Counted from the first letter of the stretch, positions 1 through 9,887 are shown. The stretch is 64,000 bases of DNA from Rhodospirillales bacterium (GCA_014323865.1 JACONG010000004.1:27325-91324), one strand, 5' to 3'. Numbers and translations: made by a program. The notes: generated by a model not told the origin, from the sequence alone.

Positions 1-44
1 TCGCGGCTGAAGCGGCATGTTGCCACTATTGGCCGGCTTGCAGA

Positions 45-440
45 TTGTCAGGGCGCGTTCTGATAGGCTCGCTGAACAGCCGGGAGCAGGACGTGTTTTT
101 CGAGGGGAATCAACGGCTTAAGGCACAGGTGTGGATCGACGCCCAAGTCCGGCGCTGCAATCTGCAGGCGCTGCCGTTCTATGTCGTCCGACGTGGCGAT
201 CCGGACGCCGGCATGATCCTCATCAAGCTGATTCGAGGACCAGACAGGGTTCTCATCTTGTCACCGGCACGCGATGAGCAGGGCCGCCCGGCCTGGCAGA
301 GACCGCTGGGTGAGGGGGAAGTGCCTGATTCTGATGGCGAATCCTGGCTGAGCCGGCAGATCGACTACGATCCCGACCTCTGGATCGTCGAAATCGAGGA
401 TGTGGCGGCCGCCTGGTGGCCCGACGAGCCGATTCTCTGA
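45..440 (+). CDS. DUF1491-like conserved alphaproteobacterial protein (true start may be a GTG near 93)
   Basis: ORF 45..440. The pattern RLKAQVWIDAQVRRC...ALPFYVVRRGDPDAGMILIKL resembles DUF1491 family N-termini. Start codon is uncertain. Confidence 0.45.
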   Translation: MSGRVLIGSLNSREQDVFFEGNQRLKAQVWIDAQVRRCNLQALPFYVVRRGDPDAGMILIKLIRGPDRVLILSPARDEQGRPAWQRPLGEGEVPDSDGESWLSRQIDYDPDLWIVEIEDVAAAWWPDEPIL

Positions 441-443
441 ATA

Positions 444-800
444 TCAGTCCCGGTCGCATGGCCGAATCGTATCGATCCAGCCTGCGAGGTCGTGACCGCC
501 ATGGCCGAGCTCTTCGGCGCGGGCCATCAGCGCATCAAGGCTCTCAGGCGTCGACACGTCCGGCCCAGCTCTGGGCCATGACCTGCCTCGGGCCGCCGCG
601 CCGGGCTTCGAGTGTTGCGCCGACCTCGTCGTTGAAGGCTCGGCTTTCGATCGCGACATTCGCGCTACGGGTTGCCAGCGCGTCAGCCTTTCCGGGCTGC
701 GATCCCAGACGGTGACGGCGAAACCGGTGTCGAGCAGGCGGGCGGCGAGCGCACGGCCCATGTTGCCCAGGCTGATGACAGCGACGCGGGCGTCTGGCAT
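444..800 (-). pseudogene. Fragment of an NAD-binding 3-hydroxyisobutyrate/6-phosphogluconate dehydrogenase-family gene, frameshifted and truncated
   Basis: The N-terminus MPDARVAVISLGNMGRALAARLLDTGFAVTVWDRSPERL is a Rossmann GxGxxG dehydrogenase start. The reading then leaves frame; a -1 frame continues as DALATRSANVAIESRAFNDEVGATL... Only about 120 of an expected roughly 290 codons are present. Confidence 0.45.
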
Positions 801-812
801 CGGCCGGGCCCT

Positions 813-1667
813 TCAGCCCGGTGTCAGGTTGAAACCCGTCAACACCATCCCGTCGGGCGTGAACACCATGGTGGCACCAGGCTCGGCCGCCTCCAGGGTG
901 AAGTCGTCGCGTTCGAAGCGCAGGCCGCCCTGGCTGAACACCCAGGTCATGCCGCTGGTATCCGCCAGCGAGGCCCGGGCCGCACTTGTCTGGTCATGTG
1001 CCAGAAAGAGCGGTACGAAGAGCGTGCCCGGCACGTCGATCACCTTGCCGTCGAGCGGCACCGGCAGAATGTCGCCCGAGCGGACCTTGAAGAGCAGCGA
1101 GGTCGCCTCGTCGATCGTGATGGTGCGCGGTTCGACGAAGACTTGGGCGCGCCAGGGAATGCCGTCGGTCACCAGCAGGCTGCCGTCGCCGTTGTCGCTG
1201 AAGCCGAGCGGGCCATTGCCCGCGATCTCGGCGGGATCGCCCAGCAGCGCGGAGACCGGCGAGTCGGGATCGCTGTTCGTATCGGGCACCGCGATCGTGG
1301 CGTTGGTGTCGATATCGAGATCGTCCACTGCGGCTGCCTTGGGCTCGGCGACGTCGGGCTCCGGCGCGGCTTCCTCCGCCGTCCCGGTCGCGAGACCGAT
1401 GATCCAGGGCGAGACCGTGCCGGTCGGGGTGCGGCCCCGGTCGGTCTCGAAGGCTTCGATGGCGGCGCGCGAGCGGCTTCCCATAAGACCGTCGTCGGGC
1501 CCGGGTTCGTACCCCCGGGCCGCGAGATGACTCTGCACGGCGGCGATCTCGTCGGCGGTCTGGGCCAGCGCGGGCGCGCCGAGCACGAGGCCTGTGGCAA
1601 GGAGCAGGGCGGAGAGGAACGAACGTGTCACGGCGGTCACCGAGCGTAGGCTGTGGCGCACCGTCAT
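813..1667 (-). CDS. Secreted protein with a peptidoglycan-binding (PG_binding_1-like) domain
   Basis: Signal-peptide-like N-terminus (MTVRHSLRSVTAVTRSFLSALLLATGLVLGAPALAQT) followed by AAVQSHLAARGYEPGPDDGLMGSRSRAAIEAFE, a typical PG-binding repeat. The start was chosen at the internal Met of ORF 813..1835. Confidence 0.55.
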   Translation of the reverse strand: MTVRHSLRSVTAVTRSFLSALLLATGLVLGAPALAQTADEIAAVQSHLAARGYEPGPDDGLMGSRSRAAIEAFETDRGRTPTGTVSPWIIGLATGTAEEAAPEPDVAEPKAAAVDDLDIDTNATIAVPDTNSDPDSPVSALLGDPAEIAGNGPLGFSDNGDGSLLVTDGIPWRAQVFVEPRTITIDEATSLLFKVRSGDILPVPLDGKVIDVPGTLFVPLFLAHDQTSAARASLADTSGMTWVFSQGGLRFERDDFTLEAAEPGATMVFTPDGMVLTGFNLTPG

Positions 1668-1675
1668 GCCGGAGG

Positions 1676-1975
1676 TCAGGCGGAGGGTCCAGCCTCGGCC
1701 TGCCGTTGCCTCGCTTCCCAGAGGTCGTCGCGGGTCACCGGTATGGCGTCCCGCTCGCGTCCCACCTGCAGGTGAAGCACCGCGTTCGAGCCGTGGCGGA
1801 ACACTCCGGCGGCGGCGGCGAGATAGGGCTCCCACATGCGGCAGAAGCGTTCGTTCATCATCGCGGCGGCCTCGTCGCGATGTTCGGCGAAGCGCTCAGC
1901 CCAGTGCTGCAGGGTCAGCGCGTCGTGCAGGCGCAACACCTCGGCATCGAACATGGCGTCACTTGTCATGAACAA
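1676..1975 (-). pseudogene. C-terminal fragment of a cyclopropane-fatty-acyl-phospholipid synthase-like (Cfa/Mycolic-acid MTase family) gene
   Basis: The 99-aa ORF ends in ...FCRMWEPYLAAAAGVFRHG, matching the conserved C-terminal RMWEYYLAYCEAGF block of Cfa-family SAM methyltransferases. The N-terminal two-thirds is absent. The fragment abuts the low-GC islet. Confidence 0.5.
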
Positions 1976-2041
1976 TGGGCGCTTGTCTTCCTTGCAGAGT
2001 GGAGCTATAACGCTTCTGAGCTACATCAATCGAGGCTAAAA

Positions 2042-3148
2042 ATGGCGACTGAAGTGCGCGACGCTGTTCCTGAAAAGGAGAATGATGATCTTGACTTCAA
2101 AAAAGAAGAAGATGATGAGCTTCACGTCGAATATGACATAGCCAATTATCCATCCGACTACACACTCAGTGTCATTCATGAGATGTGGAAGAATGACGAT
2201 ATTGAAATACCTGAGTTTCAACGCAACTTTGTTTGGACAATTAAGCAGTCATCTCTACTAATCGAATCGTTCCTGAAGGGATTACCAGTCCCTCAGCTAT
2301 TCTTTTACATTGATGATCAGCATAAGAATCTCGTGATTGATGGTCAGCAGAGAGTAATGAGTATTGTCTATTTTCTGGAAGGGTATTTTGGTCCAGAGAA
2401 CCAGACGGGGAGAAGGCAGGTCTTCAGGCTAACAGGATTGGATGAAACAAGCCCTTATCATAGGAAAACGTTCGCTGATCTATCTGAATCTCTGCAGCGC
2501 AAGTTCAAATCTCGGGTTCTACGTGTCGTAAATATTCGTCAAATGAAACCGGAAGGTAAGAACACGAGTATGTTTCATATCTTCGAAAGACTAAACACTG
2601 GTGGCACTCCTCTTCGACCTCAGGAAATTCGTAACTGTGTTTTTTCTGGAGATATTGTTGATCGACTCAAGGAGCTCAATGAGGACAAGAATTGGAGAAA
2701 TGTTATCGGAAAGGCCAACATAGATAAACATCAACGAGATGTTGAGATGGTGTTGCGTGTTTTGGCGCTTGCTGATGGTCACATGAACTATCAAAAGCCA
2801 ATGAAAGAGTTTTTGAACAAGTATATGGATTCTAACAGAAATGGCACGAGTAAAGAGTTTCGGAAACTCCACAAAGATTTCTTGTGTGTTACAGAAATTC
2901 TTGATGAGCATGGCGGTAAACGTGTTTTCCATGTTCACGGCCCAATTAACCGAGCTGCCATGGACTGCATATTTGCTTCGATGTTAATTCATTTGGACAG
3001 AAGAGAGGATTGGAGTAAGCTGTCAAGTCAGATTGAACAGCTATACAAAAATGAAGAATTTCGATCTTGTATTTTCTCTAATACAAGTGACCCAAATATA
3101 GTAAAAAAACGAATGGAAATTGCCTTGGAGTGCATCGGGGCTGAATAA
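2042..3148 (+). CDS. DUF262 (ParB-like, GmrSD N-terminal-type) domain protein
   Basis: The ATG at 2042 sits at the onset of an AT-rich stretch, with GAGG upstream. Motifs FQRNFVW...LIESFLKGLPVPQLFFY...LVIDGQQRV: DGQQR is the hallmark of DUF262. No DUF1524/HNH half is present in this protein. Confidence 0.75.
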   Translation: MATEVRDAVPEKENDDLDFKKEEDDELHVEYDIANYPSDYTLSVIHEMWKNDDIEIPEFQRNFVWTIKQSSLLIESFLKGLPVPQLFFYIDDQHKNLVIDGQQRVMSIVYFLEGYFGPENQTGRRQVFRLTGLDETSPYHRKTFADLSESLQRKFKSRVLRVVNIRQMKPEGKNTSMFHIFERLNTGGTPLRPQEIRNCVFSGDIVDRLKELNEDKNWRNVIGKANIDKHQRDVEMVLRVLALADGHMNYQKPMKEFLNKYMDSNRNGTSKEFRKLHKDFLCVTEILDEHGGKRVFHVHGPINRAAMDCIFASMLIHLDRREDWSKLSSQIEQLYKNEEFRSCIFSNTSDPNIVKKRMEIALECIGAE

Positions 3149-3154
3149 TGTCAT

Positions 3155-3652
3155 ATGAGGAAAAAATTTAGGCTTGCTGATGACTCTCTCCTTCATCTTT
3201 ATGGTCTAATAGATTTGATCGATGATGAGCTTATCAAGCGAAACTACTTGGGGTTCATCTCTGTCTCGGCAGTGACTGCTTGCGAGTTGGCAATAAAGGA
3301 GATCTTTTACGAGTTCGGGGACGATGAGAGCGAATTACTAGGAACGGTCACTCGAAACATATTCCATAAGATAAATGGTCGAATTGCGCCCAATCATTTA
3401 TATAATCATATTTCATGCTTCGGTAAAAAATATGTGGACATATTCAAAGAGAGGCTTCGCTCAACAAATGAGAAGACGCTTCAAGAGTCAGGTGTTAATA
3501 TAATAGAAAGCTATAAATCATTGGTTGACTGCCGAAATCGTTTCGTACATGAAGGTGAAATACTTGACACTATTACCTACGATGAACTAAAGAGATCTTA
3601 TGATTCAGGAAAATCGGTTGTTCACTGCCTTTCGGATTCAATGGTGCGATAG
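3155..3652 (+). CDS. HEPN-like protein (Rx4H motif) partnered with the DUF262 gene
   Basis: 165-aa ORF starting 7 nt after the DUF262 stop, with similar low GC. The C-terminal CRNRFVHEGE fits the HEPN R-x4-6-H motif. The protein is predicted all-alpha. This resembles HEPN families reported next to DUF262 genes. Confidence 0.5.
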   Translation: MRKKFRLADDSLLHLYGLIDLIDDELIKRNYLGFISVSAVTACELAIKEIFYEFGDDESELLGTVTRNIFHKINGRIAPNHLYNHISCFGKKYVDIFKERLRSTNEKTLQESGVNIIESYKSLVDCRNRFVHEGEILDTITYDELKRSYDSGKSVVHCLSDSMVR

Positions 3653-3660
3653 CATTCTGA

Positions 3661-4914
3661 TCAATGGCTCGCCGCCGTCGCCGCCTTGTCGTCGAGCAGG
3701 CGGAAGGAGTTGAAGCGTTCCAGGGAGAAAGCCTTGATCAGGTCGGGCGTCTCGTCCCTGGCGATCAGTTCGGCGTTGGTTTTGCCGCAGACCGGGGTGG
3801 CCTTGAAGCCCCAGGTGCCCCAGCCGGCGTCGAGGTAGTAGTTGCGGACCTCGGACTTGCCCATGATCGGTGAGTAGTCGGGCGTCATGTCGGTCATGCC
3901 GGCCCATTGACGCAGGATCTTGGTTTCGGCGAGGAACGGGAAGAGTTCCAGGGTGCCGACCATCCAGGCTTCCTTCATCTCCAGCGTCGAGCGGGTGTTG
4001 TAGAGCGTGTAGGGATCGCTGCCCCCGCCGATCACCACCTCGCCGCGCGCAGTCTGACTCAAATAGACGTGGTGCTGGGTGCTCGAGATCAGCGGATCAA
4101 GGAAGGGTTTCACGGGCAGGCTGACGCCGGCCTGCAGCGGGAAGGTCTTGATCGGCAGCTTGATGCCGGCCAAACGCGCGATCTCGCCCGACATGCCGGC
4201 GACGCACTGGATCACCTGGCCCGCCTTGATCGTGCCGCGGTTGGTGTGGACCTCGCTGACCTTGCGGCTGCCGTTGTTGCCTGCGAAGCCGAAGCCGGTG
4301 ACCTCGGTCTTCTGGTGGATCTCGACGCCGCGCTGCCAGGCGCCTGAGCCGTAACCCCAGGCGACCGCGTCATGGCGCGCGATCGAGCCCGGGTGATGGA
4401 CCAGCGCGCCCTGGATCGGGAAGCGGGTGTTCTCAGAAAGACCGAGGAAGGGCACCAGCTTGCGCAGTGCCTCCCGGTCGACCAGGTCCGAGGCGATGCC
4501 GAAGTGGCGGCTGACCTCGTTGCGCCAGCGCATCGACCGCACCTGGGCGTCGGTGTGGGCGAGCGTGATCTGGGCGCGTTCGGAGAGCATCAGGTTGAGA
4601 TCGAAGTCGTGCGCCAGGTCGCGGTAGAGCTGGACCGAGGTATCGTAGAAGCGCACGCCGTCGGGCGTCAGGTAGTTCGAGCGGATCACCATGGTGTTCC
4701 GCCCGGTGTTGCCCGAGCCGATGTAGTTCTTCTCCAGCACCGCGACATTCGTGATGTCCCAGTCCTTGGCGAGGTAGTAGGCGGTGGCGAGCCCGTGGCC
4801 GCCACCGCCGACAATGACGACATCGTAAGAGGGCTTGAGCTCGGCCGGTGTCGGCAGGGCGCGGGGCGGGGTGCCGTCCTTGCGGAGGCCCAGCCGAAGC
4901 AGAGAGAACACCAT
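3661..4914 (-). CDS. soxB: Sarcosine oxidase beta subunit (heterotetrameric SoxB, FAD-dependent)
   Basis: 417 aa. N-terminal YDVVIVGGGGHGLATAYYLAK (FAD GxGxxG), internal HHPGSIARHDAVAWGY and overall length are typical of SoxB. No soxD/A/G follows. Confidence 0.8.
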   Translation of the reverse strand: MVFSLLRLGLRKDGTPPRALPTPAELKPSYDVVIVGGGGHGLATAYYLAKDWDITNVAVLEKNYIGSGNTGRNTMVIRSNYLTPDGVRFYDTSVQLYRDLAHDFDLNLMLSERAQITLAHTDAQVRSMRWRNEVSRHFGIASDLVDREALRKLVPFLGLSENTRFPIQGALVHHPGSIARHDAVAWGYGSGAWQRGVEIHQKTEVTGFGFAGNNGSRKVSEVHTNRGTIKAGQVIQCVAGMSGEIARLAGIKLPIKTFPLQAGVSLPVKPFLDPLISSTQHHVYLSQTARGEVVIGGGSDPYTLYNTRSTLEMKEAWMVGTLELFPFLAETKILRQWAGMTDMTPDYSPIMGKSEVRNYYLDAGWGTWGFKATPVCGKTNAELIARDETPDLIKAFSLERFNSFRLLDDKAATAASH

Positions 4915-5045
4915 GCGGTCAAACGTCCGTCACAGGAGAAGATTGAGATAACGCCATCGTGGGCGGTTGGCAATCGGCCCTGATCCCACATCACGTCGGT
5001 GCGGGAACGGTTGCGGTGATTGCCACCGCTGTTACGCTCATTGTG

Positions 5046-8000
5046 ATGACGTCTGGGGAGGCGGTCTTGGCACGACACGATCAGCAACAGGTAGACGAAC
5101 GCATCGACGAGGTGCTGGTCCTGATCGGCGAACGCTTCGCCGGTGACGCCAGCAAGGTGCAGTGTTTTGCCCGCAGCTACTTTGCCGATGTCATCGCCGA
5201 GGACATCGAGGGCGAATCGACCGAGAACCTCTACGGTGCCGTCGCCTCGCTCTGGCAGTTCATGCGCCAGCGCAAGGAAGGAGGACCGAAGGTCCGCGTC
5301 TACAACCCCAATCTCGAGCAGGACGGCTGGCAATCGACCCATACGGCGATCGAGATCGTCAACGACGACATGCCGTTCCTCGTCGATTCCGTGGTCGCCG
5401 CGCTCAACCGCATGGACATCTCCGTCCTGCTCCTGATCCACCCCATCATCAACCTCAACCGCGACGACGCGGGCACCATCGCCACGATCTACAAGCGCGG
5501 TGCGGGCGGCGAGGGCATGACTGCCGAATCGGTGTTGCATGTCGAGATCACGCAACAGCCCGAGGACCCGCGCCACGACGAGATCAAAGCGCGGCTCCAC
5601 GAGGTACTGGGCAATGTGCGGGCCTCGGTCGAGGACTGGCCCGGGATGATTGCCAAGCTCGACGAGCAGATCGCCGCGCTGAAAGACAACCCGCCGCCGA
5701 TTGATGCCGAGGACCTGGCCGAGTGTCTCGATTTCCTGCAGTGGCTCCGGGACAACCACTTCACCTTCCTGGGCCACCGCGAGTACCGCTTCGAACGGCG
5801 TGACGAGAAGGTCTTCGCCCAGATCGTCGACGATGGGAACATGGGCATCCTGCGCGCTGTGACCGATGAGAGCCGGGCGCGCCACGCTGATGCCCTGCCC
5901 GATCACTTCGCTGAGTACATCGACCGCAAGGAGCTCTTCATCATCTCCAAGGCATGGACCCGGTCCGACGTCCACCGCCCGGTCTACATGGACTACATCG
6001 GCGTCCGCCTGTTCGACGACGACGGTACGGTGATCGGCGAGCGCCGCTTCCTGGGACTCCTGACCTCGACCGCCTACAGCGCGGTGCCGTCCCACATCCC
6101 GCTGCTGCGCCGCAAGTTCAAGACGGTGGTCGAGCGCGCCGGCTTCTCGCCCGGCAGCCACAACGACAAGGCGCTCGAGCACATCCTCGACACTTTACCG
6201 CGCGACGAGCTGTTCCAGATGGATACCGACACGCTGGAGCGTATTGCGCACGGCATTCTTCACATGGAGCATCGCCAGCGCATCCGGCTGTTCATGCGTT
6301 CGGACAACTACGGCGAGTTCGTCTCCTGCCTCGTCTTCGTGCCGCGCGATCGCTACACGACCGACCTGCGCGACCGCATCAAGCAGATCCTGATGGAGGA
6401 GCTCGGCGGCGACTCGGTCGACGTCAACACGCAGCTCTCCGACGCGCCCATGGCGCGGGCCCACTACATCGTCCACACGCCGGGTGGTCAGCGCCGGGAC
6501 CGCCGCGTGCGCGACCTGGAGCAGCGCCTGGTCGTGGCCTCGCGCAGCTGGAACGATGACTTCCACGATGCGTTGATGGAAGAATTCGGCGAGGGCCAGG
6601 GCAGCACGCTGTTCCACCGCTTCGCCCATGCGATCCCGGCGAACTACAGGGACCACTTGAGCCCACGGCTGGCGGTCGCCGATGTCGAGCGCATGGAGCG
6701 CACGGTCACCGACGGCATCGCCATGAACCTCTACCGTCGGGTTGATGCCGACGACCACTCGCTGAACTTCAAGGTCTACCATGCCGGAAACCCCGTGCCG
6801 CTGTCGATCATCATGCCGATGCTGGAACACATGGGCCTCGTGGTGATTGAGGAGACGCCCTACGAGGTTGCGCTCAAGGACGAGACGGCGGTCTGGATTC
6901 ACGACTTCCACTGCCACCAGGAGTATGACTGGGAGGTCGATGTCCCGGCGGTACGCAAGCGGTTCCACGACACCTTCCGCCAAGTCTGGGCGGGCGAGAT
7001 CGAGAACGACGATTTCAATGATCTCGTGCTCGCCGGCCTCGACTGGCGCCAGGTCGTGGTGCTGCGCGCCTATGCCAAGTACATGAACCAGGCCAATGTG
7101 CCGTTCAGCCAGAGCTACATCAAGCGCACCTTGGCCGCGAACCCGACCATCGCCAAGCTGCTGATCGATCTCTTCATCGTGCGTTTCGATCCGGACAACC
7201 AGGACGGCATGGCCGAGCGCTCGGATGCGATCCGTGCCGAGATCACCGAGGCGCTCAACCAGGTCGTCTCGCTCGATGAGGATCGCATCCTGCGCCGCTA
7301 TCTCAACCTGATCGAGGCGACGCTCCGCACCAACTTCTTCCAGCTCCGCGAGGACGGCAGGCCCAAGGCCTATGTCTCCTTCAAGTTCGACAGCCAGGCG
7401 ATCGAGGAGCTGCCCGATCCCCGGCCGTGGCGCGAGATCTTCGTCTATTCGTCGCGGGTCGAGGCCGTGCACTTGCGCGGCGGTCCGGTCGCGCGCGGCG
7501 GCATCCGCTGGTCTGACCGGCTGGAGGACTTCCGCACCGAGGTGCTCGGTCTCGTGAAGGCTCAGATGGTCAAGAATGCGGTGATCGTGCCGGTCGGCTC
7601 CAAGGGCGGATTCGTGGTCAAGAAGCCGCCCTTGGAAGGCGGGCGCGAAGCGTTCCAGGCCGAAGGCATCGACTGTTACAAGACCTTCATGTCGGGCATG
7701 CTCGACATCACCGACAACATCGTCGGCGGTGAGATCGTCCAGCGCGAGCGGGTCGTGCGCCACGACGGCGATGATCCCTATCTCGTCGTCGCTGCCGACA
7801 AGGGCACGGCGACCTTCTCGGATATCGCCAACGGCATCGCACGCGACTACGGCCACTGGCTCGATGATGCCTTCGCCTCCGGCGGTTCGGCCGGCTACGA
7901 CCACAAGGCCATGGGCATTACCGCCAAGGGCGCATGGGAAGCGGTCAAGCGTCACTTCCGCGAGATGGGCAAGGACATCCAGAACGAGGACTTCACCGTC

Positions 8001-9887
8001 GTCGGTGTCGGTGACATGGGCGGCGACGTCTTCGGCAACGGCATGCTGCTCTCCGAGCACATCCGGCTGCTCGGAGCCTTCAACCATCTTCACATCTTCT
8101 GTGATCCCGATCCCGATGCTGCGGCGAGTTATGTCGAACGAGCGCGCCTGTTCGAACTGCCGCGCTCGACCTGGATCGACTACAATGCCGATCTCATCAG
8201 CGAGGGTGGCGCGATCTACGAACGCAGCGCCAAGTCGCTAGAGCTCACGCCCCAGATCAAGAAATGCTTCGGCATCAAGGCCGATCACGTCACGCCCAAT
8301 GAGCTGATCAACGCCATGCTCAAGACCGACGTCGAGCTCCTGTGGAACGGCGGCATTGGCACCTACATCAAGGCGTCCGACGAGACCCATGCCGAGGTCG
8401 GCGACCGGGCCAACGACAGCCTGCGCGTCGACGGCAGGCAAGTCGGCGCCAAGGTCTTTGGCGAGGGCGGCAATCTGGGCGCGACCCAGGCCGGCCGGAT
8501 CGAGTTCGCGCTGGCCGGCGGGCGCATCAACACCGACGCGATCGACAATTCCGCGGGCGTCGACTGCTCGGACCACGAGGTCAACATCAAGATCCTGCTG
8601 GGCGATGTGGTCGAGGCCGGCGACATGACGGTCAAGCAGCGCGACCGCCTGCTCGAGGAGATGACCGACGAGGTCAGCGATCTCGTGCTGCGCGACAATT
8701 ATCTGCAGACCCAGGCGCTGACGATCCTGGAGAACAACGCCGACATTCGCGGTGACGAGCAGATCCGCTTCATGCGTGCGGTCGAACAGTCGGGCCTGCT
8801 CGACCGTCGTATCGAGGGCCTGCCCGACGACGAGGAGCTGGCCGACTGGCGCACCCGGGGCCGCCGCTTCACCCGGCCCGAACTTTCGGTGCTGCTGGCC
8901 TACGCCAAGATGGATCTCTATCCGGCGCTGCTCGAGTCCGACCTGCCGGACGATCCTGATCTGCAGGCCGATCTCGTGCGCTACTTCCCGGTCCCGCTGC
9001 AGGAGGGTTTCCGCGACCGGATCATGAACCACCGCCTGCGGCGCGAGATCGCGGCGACTCTCACGACGAACTCCATCGTCAACCGGGCGGGCATCAGCTT
9101 CATCCGCCGCCTGGCCGAGGAGTCCGGTTACGACTTCGCCGATATTGCCCGCTCCTACACGGTGGCTCGCGACGCCTTCGCCCTGCGCGACGTCTGGCTC
9201 GCGATCGAGGCGCTCGACAACCAGGTGCCGACCACCGTGCAGACCGCGATGCTCGAAGAGACCATACTGCTGATCGAGCGCGTGACCGGCTGGATGCTGC
9301 GCCACCGCAGTCAGCCCATGGCGATCGGCGATACCGTCAGCGCCTTCCGGCCTGCCGTCATGGTGTTGCAGGACAGGCTGCCCGAGCTGGTCAGCACGTC
9401 GCGTCGACAATCCATGCAGCGCGCCGCCAAGCGCTACGAGAAGGAAGGCGTGCCCGCCGACATTGCGGCCCAGGTTGCCAGCCTGCGTACGCTGGCCGCG
9501 GTCTGCGACGTGATCGCTACCGCCGAGACGCTCTCGATCGGCGTCATCGACGTCGCCACTGTCTTCTTCGACGTCGGCGAGGAGCTCGGCACCGACTGGC
9601 TGCGCGACATGCTGGTCCGACTCGCCATCGAGGACCGCTGGGACCGCCTGGCCCAGCAGGCCCTGATCGAAGAGAGTTTCCAGCAGCAGCGTTCCATCGC
9701 CGCGGCCGTCCTCCAGGCCAACCGCGAAGGACCGGCCGACAAGGCCACCGCCGCCTGGATCTCAACCAACAAGGCGCGTGTCACGCGCGCTCGCAATGTC
9801 ATCACCGACCTGCAGAGCACCAATACCCCGGTCGACCTCGCCATGGCCTCGGTCGCCAGCCGCGCGCTGCGCGGCCTGGCGGGGTAA
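5046..9887 (+). CDS. gdhB: NAD-specific glutamate dehydrogenase, large (about 1600 aa) GdhB type
   Basis: ORF 4959..9887. It contains RGGIRWSDRLEDFRTEVLGLVKAQMVKNAVIVPVGSKGGFVVKKPP and the downstream catalytic region typical of Bac_GDH large NAD-GDHs. The start is uncertain (Met at 4959, 5046 or later). Confidence 0.85.
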   Translation: MTSGEAVLARHDQQQVDERIDEVLVLIGERFAGDASKVQCFARSYFADVIAEDIEGESTENLYGAVASLWQFMRQRKEGGPKVRVYNPNLEQDGWQSTHTAIEIVNDDMPFLVDSVVAALNRMDISVLLLIHPIINLNRDDAGTIATIYKRGAGGEGMTAESVLHVEITQQPEDPRHDEIKARLHEVLGNVRASVEDWPGMIAKLDEQIAALKDNPPPIDAEDLAECLDFLQWLRDNHFTFLGHREYRFERRDEKVFAQIVDDGNMGILRAVTDESRARHADALPDHFAEYIDRKELFIISKAWTRSDVHRPVYMDYIGVRLFDDDGTVIGERRFLGLLTSTAYSAVPSHIPLLRRKFKTVVERAGFSPGSHNDKALEHILDTLPRDELFQMDTDTLERIAHGILHMEHRQRIRLFMRSDNYGEFVSCLVFVPRDRYTTDLRDRIKQILMEELGGDSVDVNTQLSDAPMARAHYIVHTPGGQRRDRRVRDLEQRLVVASRSWNDDFHDALMEEFGEGQGSTLFHRFAHAIPANYRDHLSPRLAVADVERMERTVTDGIAMNLYRRVDADDHSLNFKVYHAGNPVPLSIIMPMLEHMGLVVIEETPYEVALKDETAVWIHDFHCHQEYDWEVDVPAVRKRFHDTFRQVWAGEIENDDFNDLVLAGLDWRQVVVLRAYAKYMNQANVPFSQSYIKRTLAANPTIAKLLIDLFIVRFDPDNQDGMAERSDAIRAEITEALNQVVSLDEDRILRRYLNLIEATLRTNFFQLREDGRPKAYVSFKFDSQAIEELPDPRPWREIFVYSSRVEAVHLRGGPVARGGIRWSDRLEDFRTEVLGLVKAQMVKNAVIVPVGSKGGFVVKKPPLEGGREAFQAEGIDCYKTFMSGMLDITDNIVGGEIVQRERVVRHDGDDPYLVVAADKGTATFSDIANGIARDYGHWLDDAFASGGSAGYDHKAMGITAKGAWEAVKRHFREMGKDIQNEDFTVVGVGDMGGDVFGNGMLLSEHIRLLGAFNHLHIFCDPDPDAAASYVERARLFELPRSTWIDYNADLISEGGAIYERSAKSLELTPQIKKCFGIKADHVTPNELINAMLKTDVELLWNGGIGTYIKASDETHAEVGDRANDSLRVDGRQVGAKVFGEGGNLGATQAGRIEFALAGGRINTDAIDNSAGVDCSDHEVNIKILLGDVVEAGDMTVKQRDRLLEEMTDEVSDLVLRDNYLQTQALTILENNADIRGDEQIRFMRAVEQSGLLDRRIEGLPDDEELADWRTRGRRFTRPELSVLLAYAKMDLYPALLESDLPDDPDLQADLVRYFPVPLQEGFRDRIMNHRLRREIAATLTTNSIVNRAGISFIRRLAEESGYDFADIARSYTVARDAFALRDVWLAIEALDNQVPTTVQTAMLEETILLIERVTGWMLRHRSQPMAIGDTVSAFRPAVMVLQDRLPELVSTSRRQSMQRAAKRYEKEGVPADIAAQVASLRTLAAVCDVIATAETLSIGVIDVATVFFDVGEELGTDWLRDMLVRLAIEDRWDRLAQQALIEESFQQQRSIAAAVLQANREGPADKATAAWISTNKARVTRARNVITDLQSTNTPVDLAMASVASRALRGLAG

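Noticed and set aside
672-1649. Long ORFs antisense to, or out of frame with, clearly recognisable genes (e.g. 672..1649 +, 6195..8093 -, 8238..9410 -, 13085..14500 -, 16446..17852 +, 27282..29834 -, 31275..32960 -, 42983..46330 -, 54502..56304 +, 12889..15192 +)
   Set aside because: At about 65-70% GC, stop-free frames are common. Their translations are Arg/Ala/Gly/Pro-rich low-complexity with no recognisable motifs, and each overlaps a well-supported gene on the other strand or frame.
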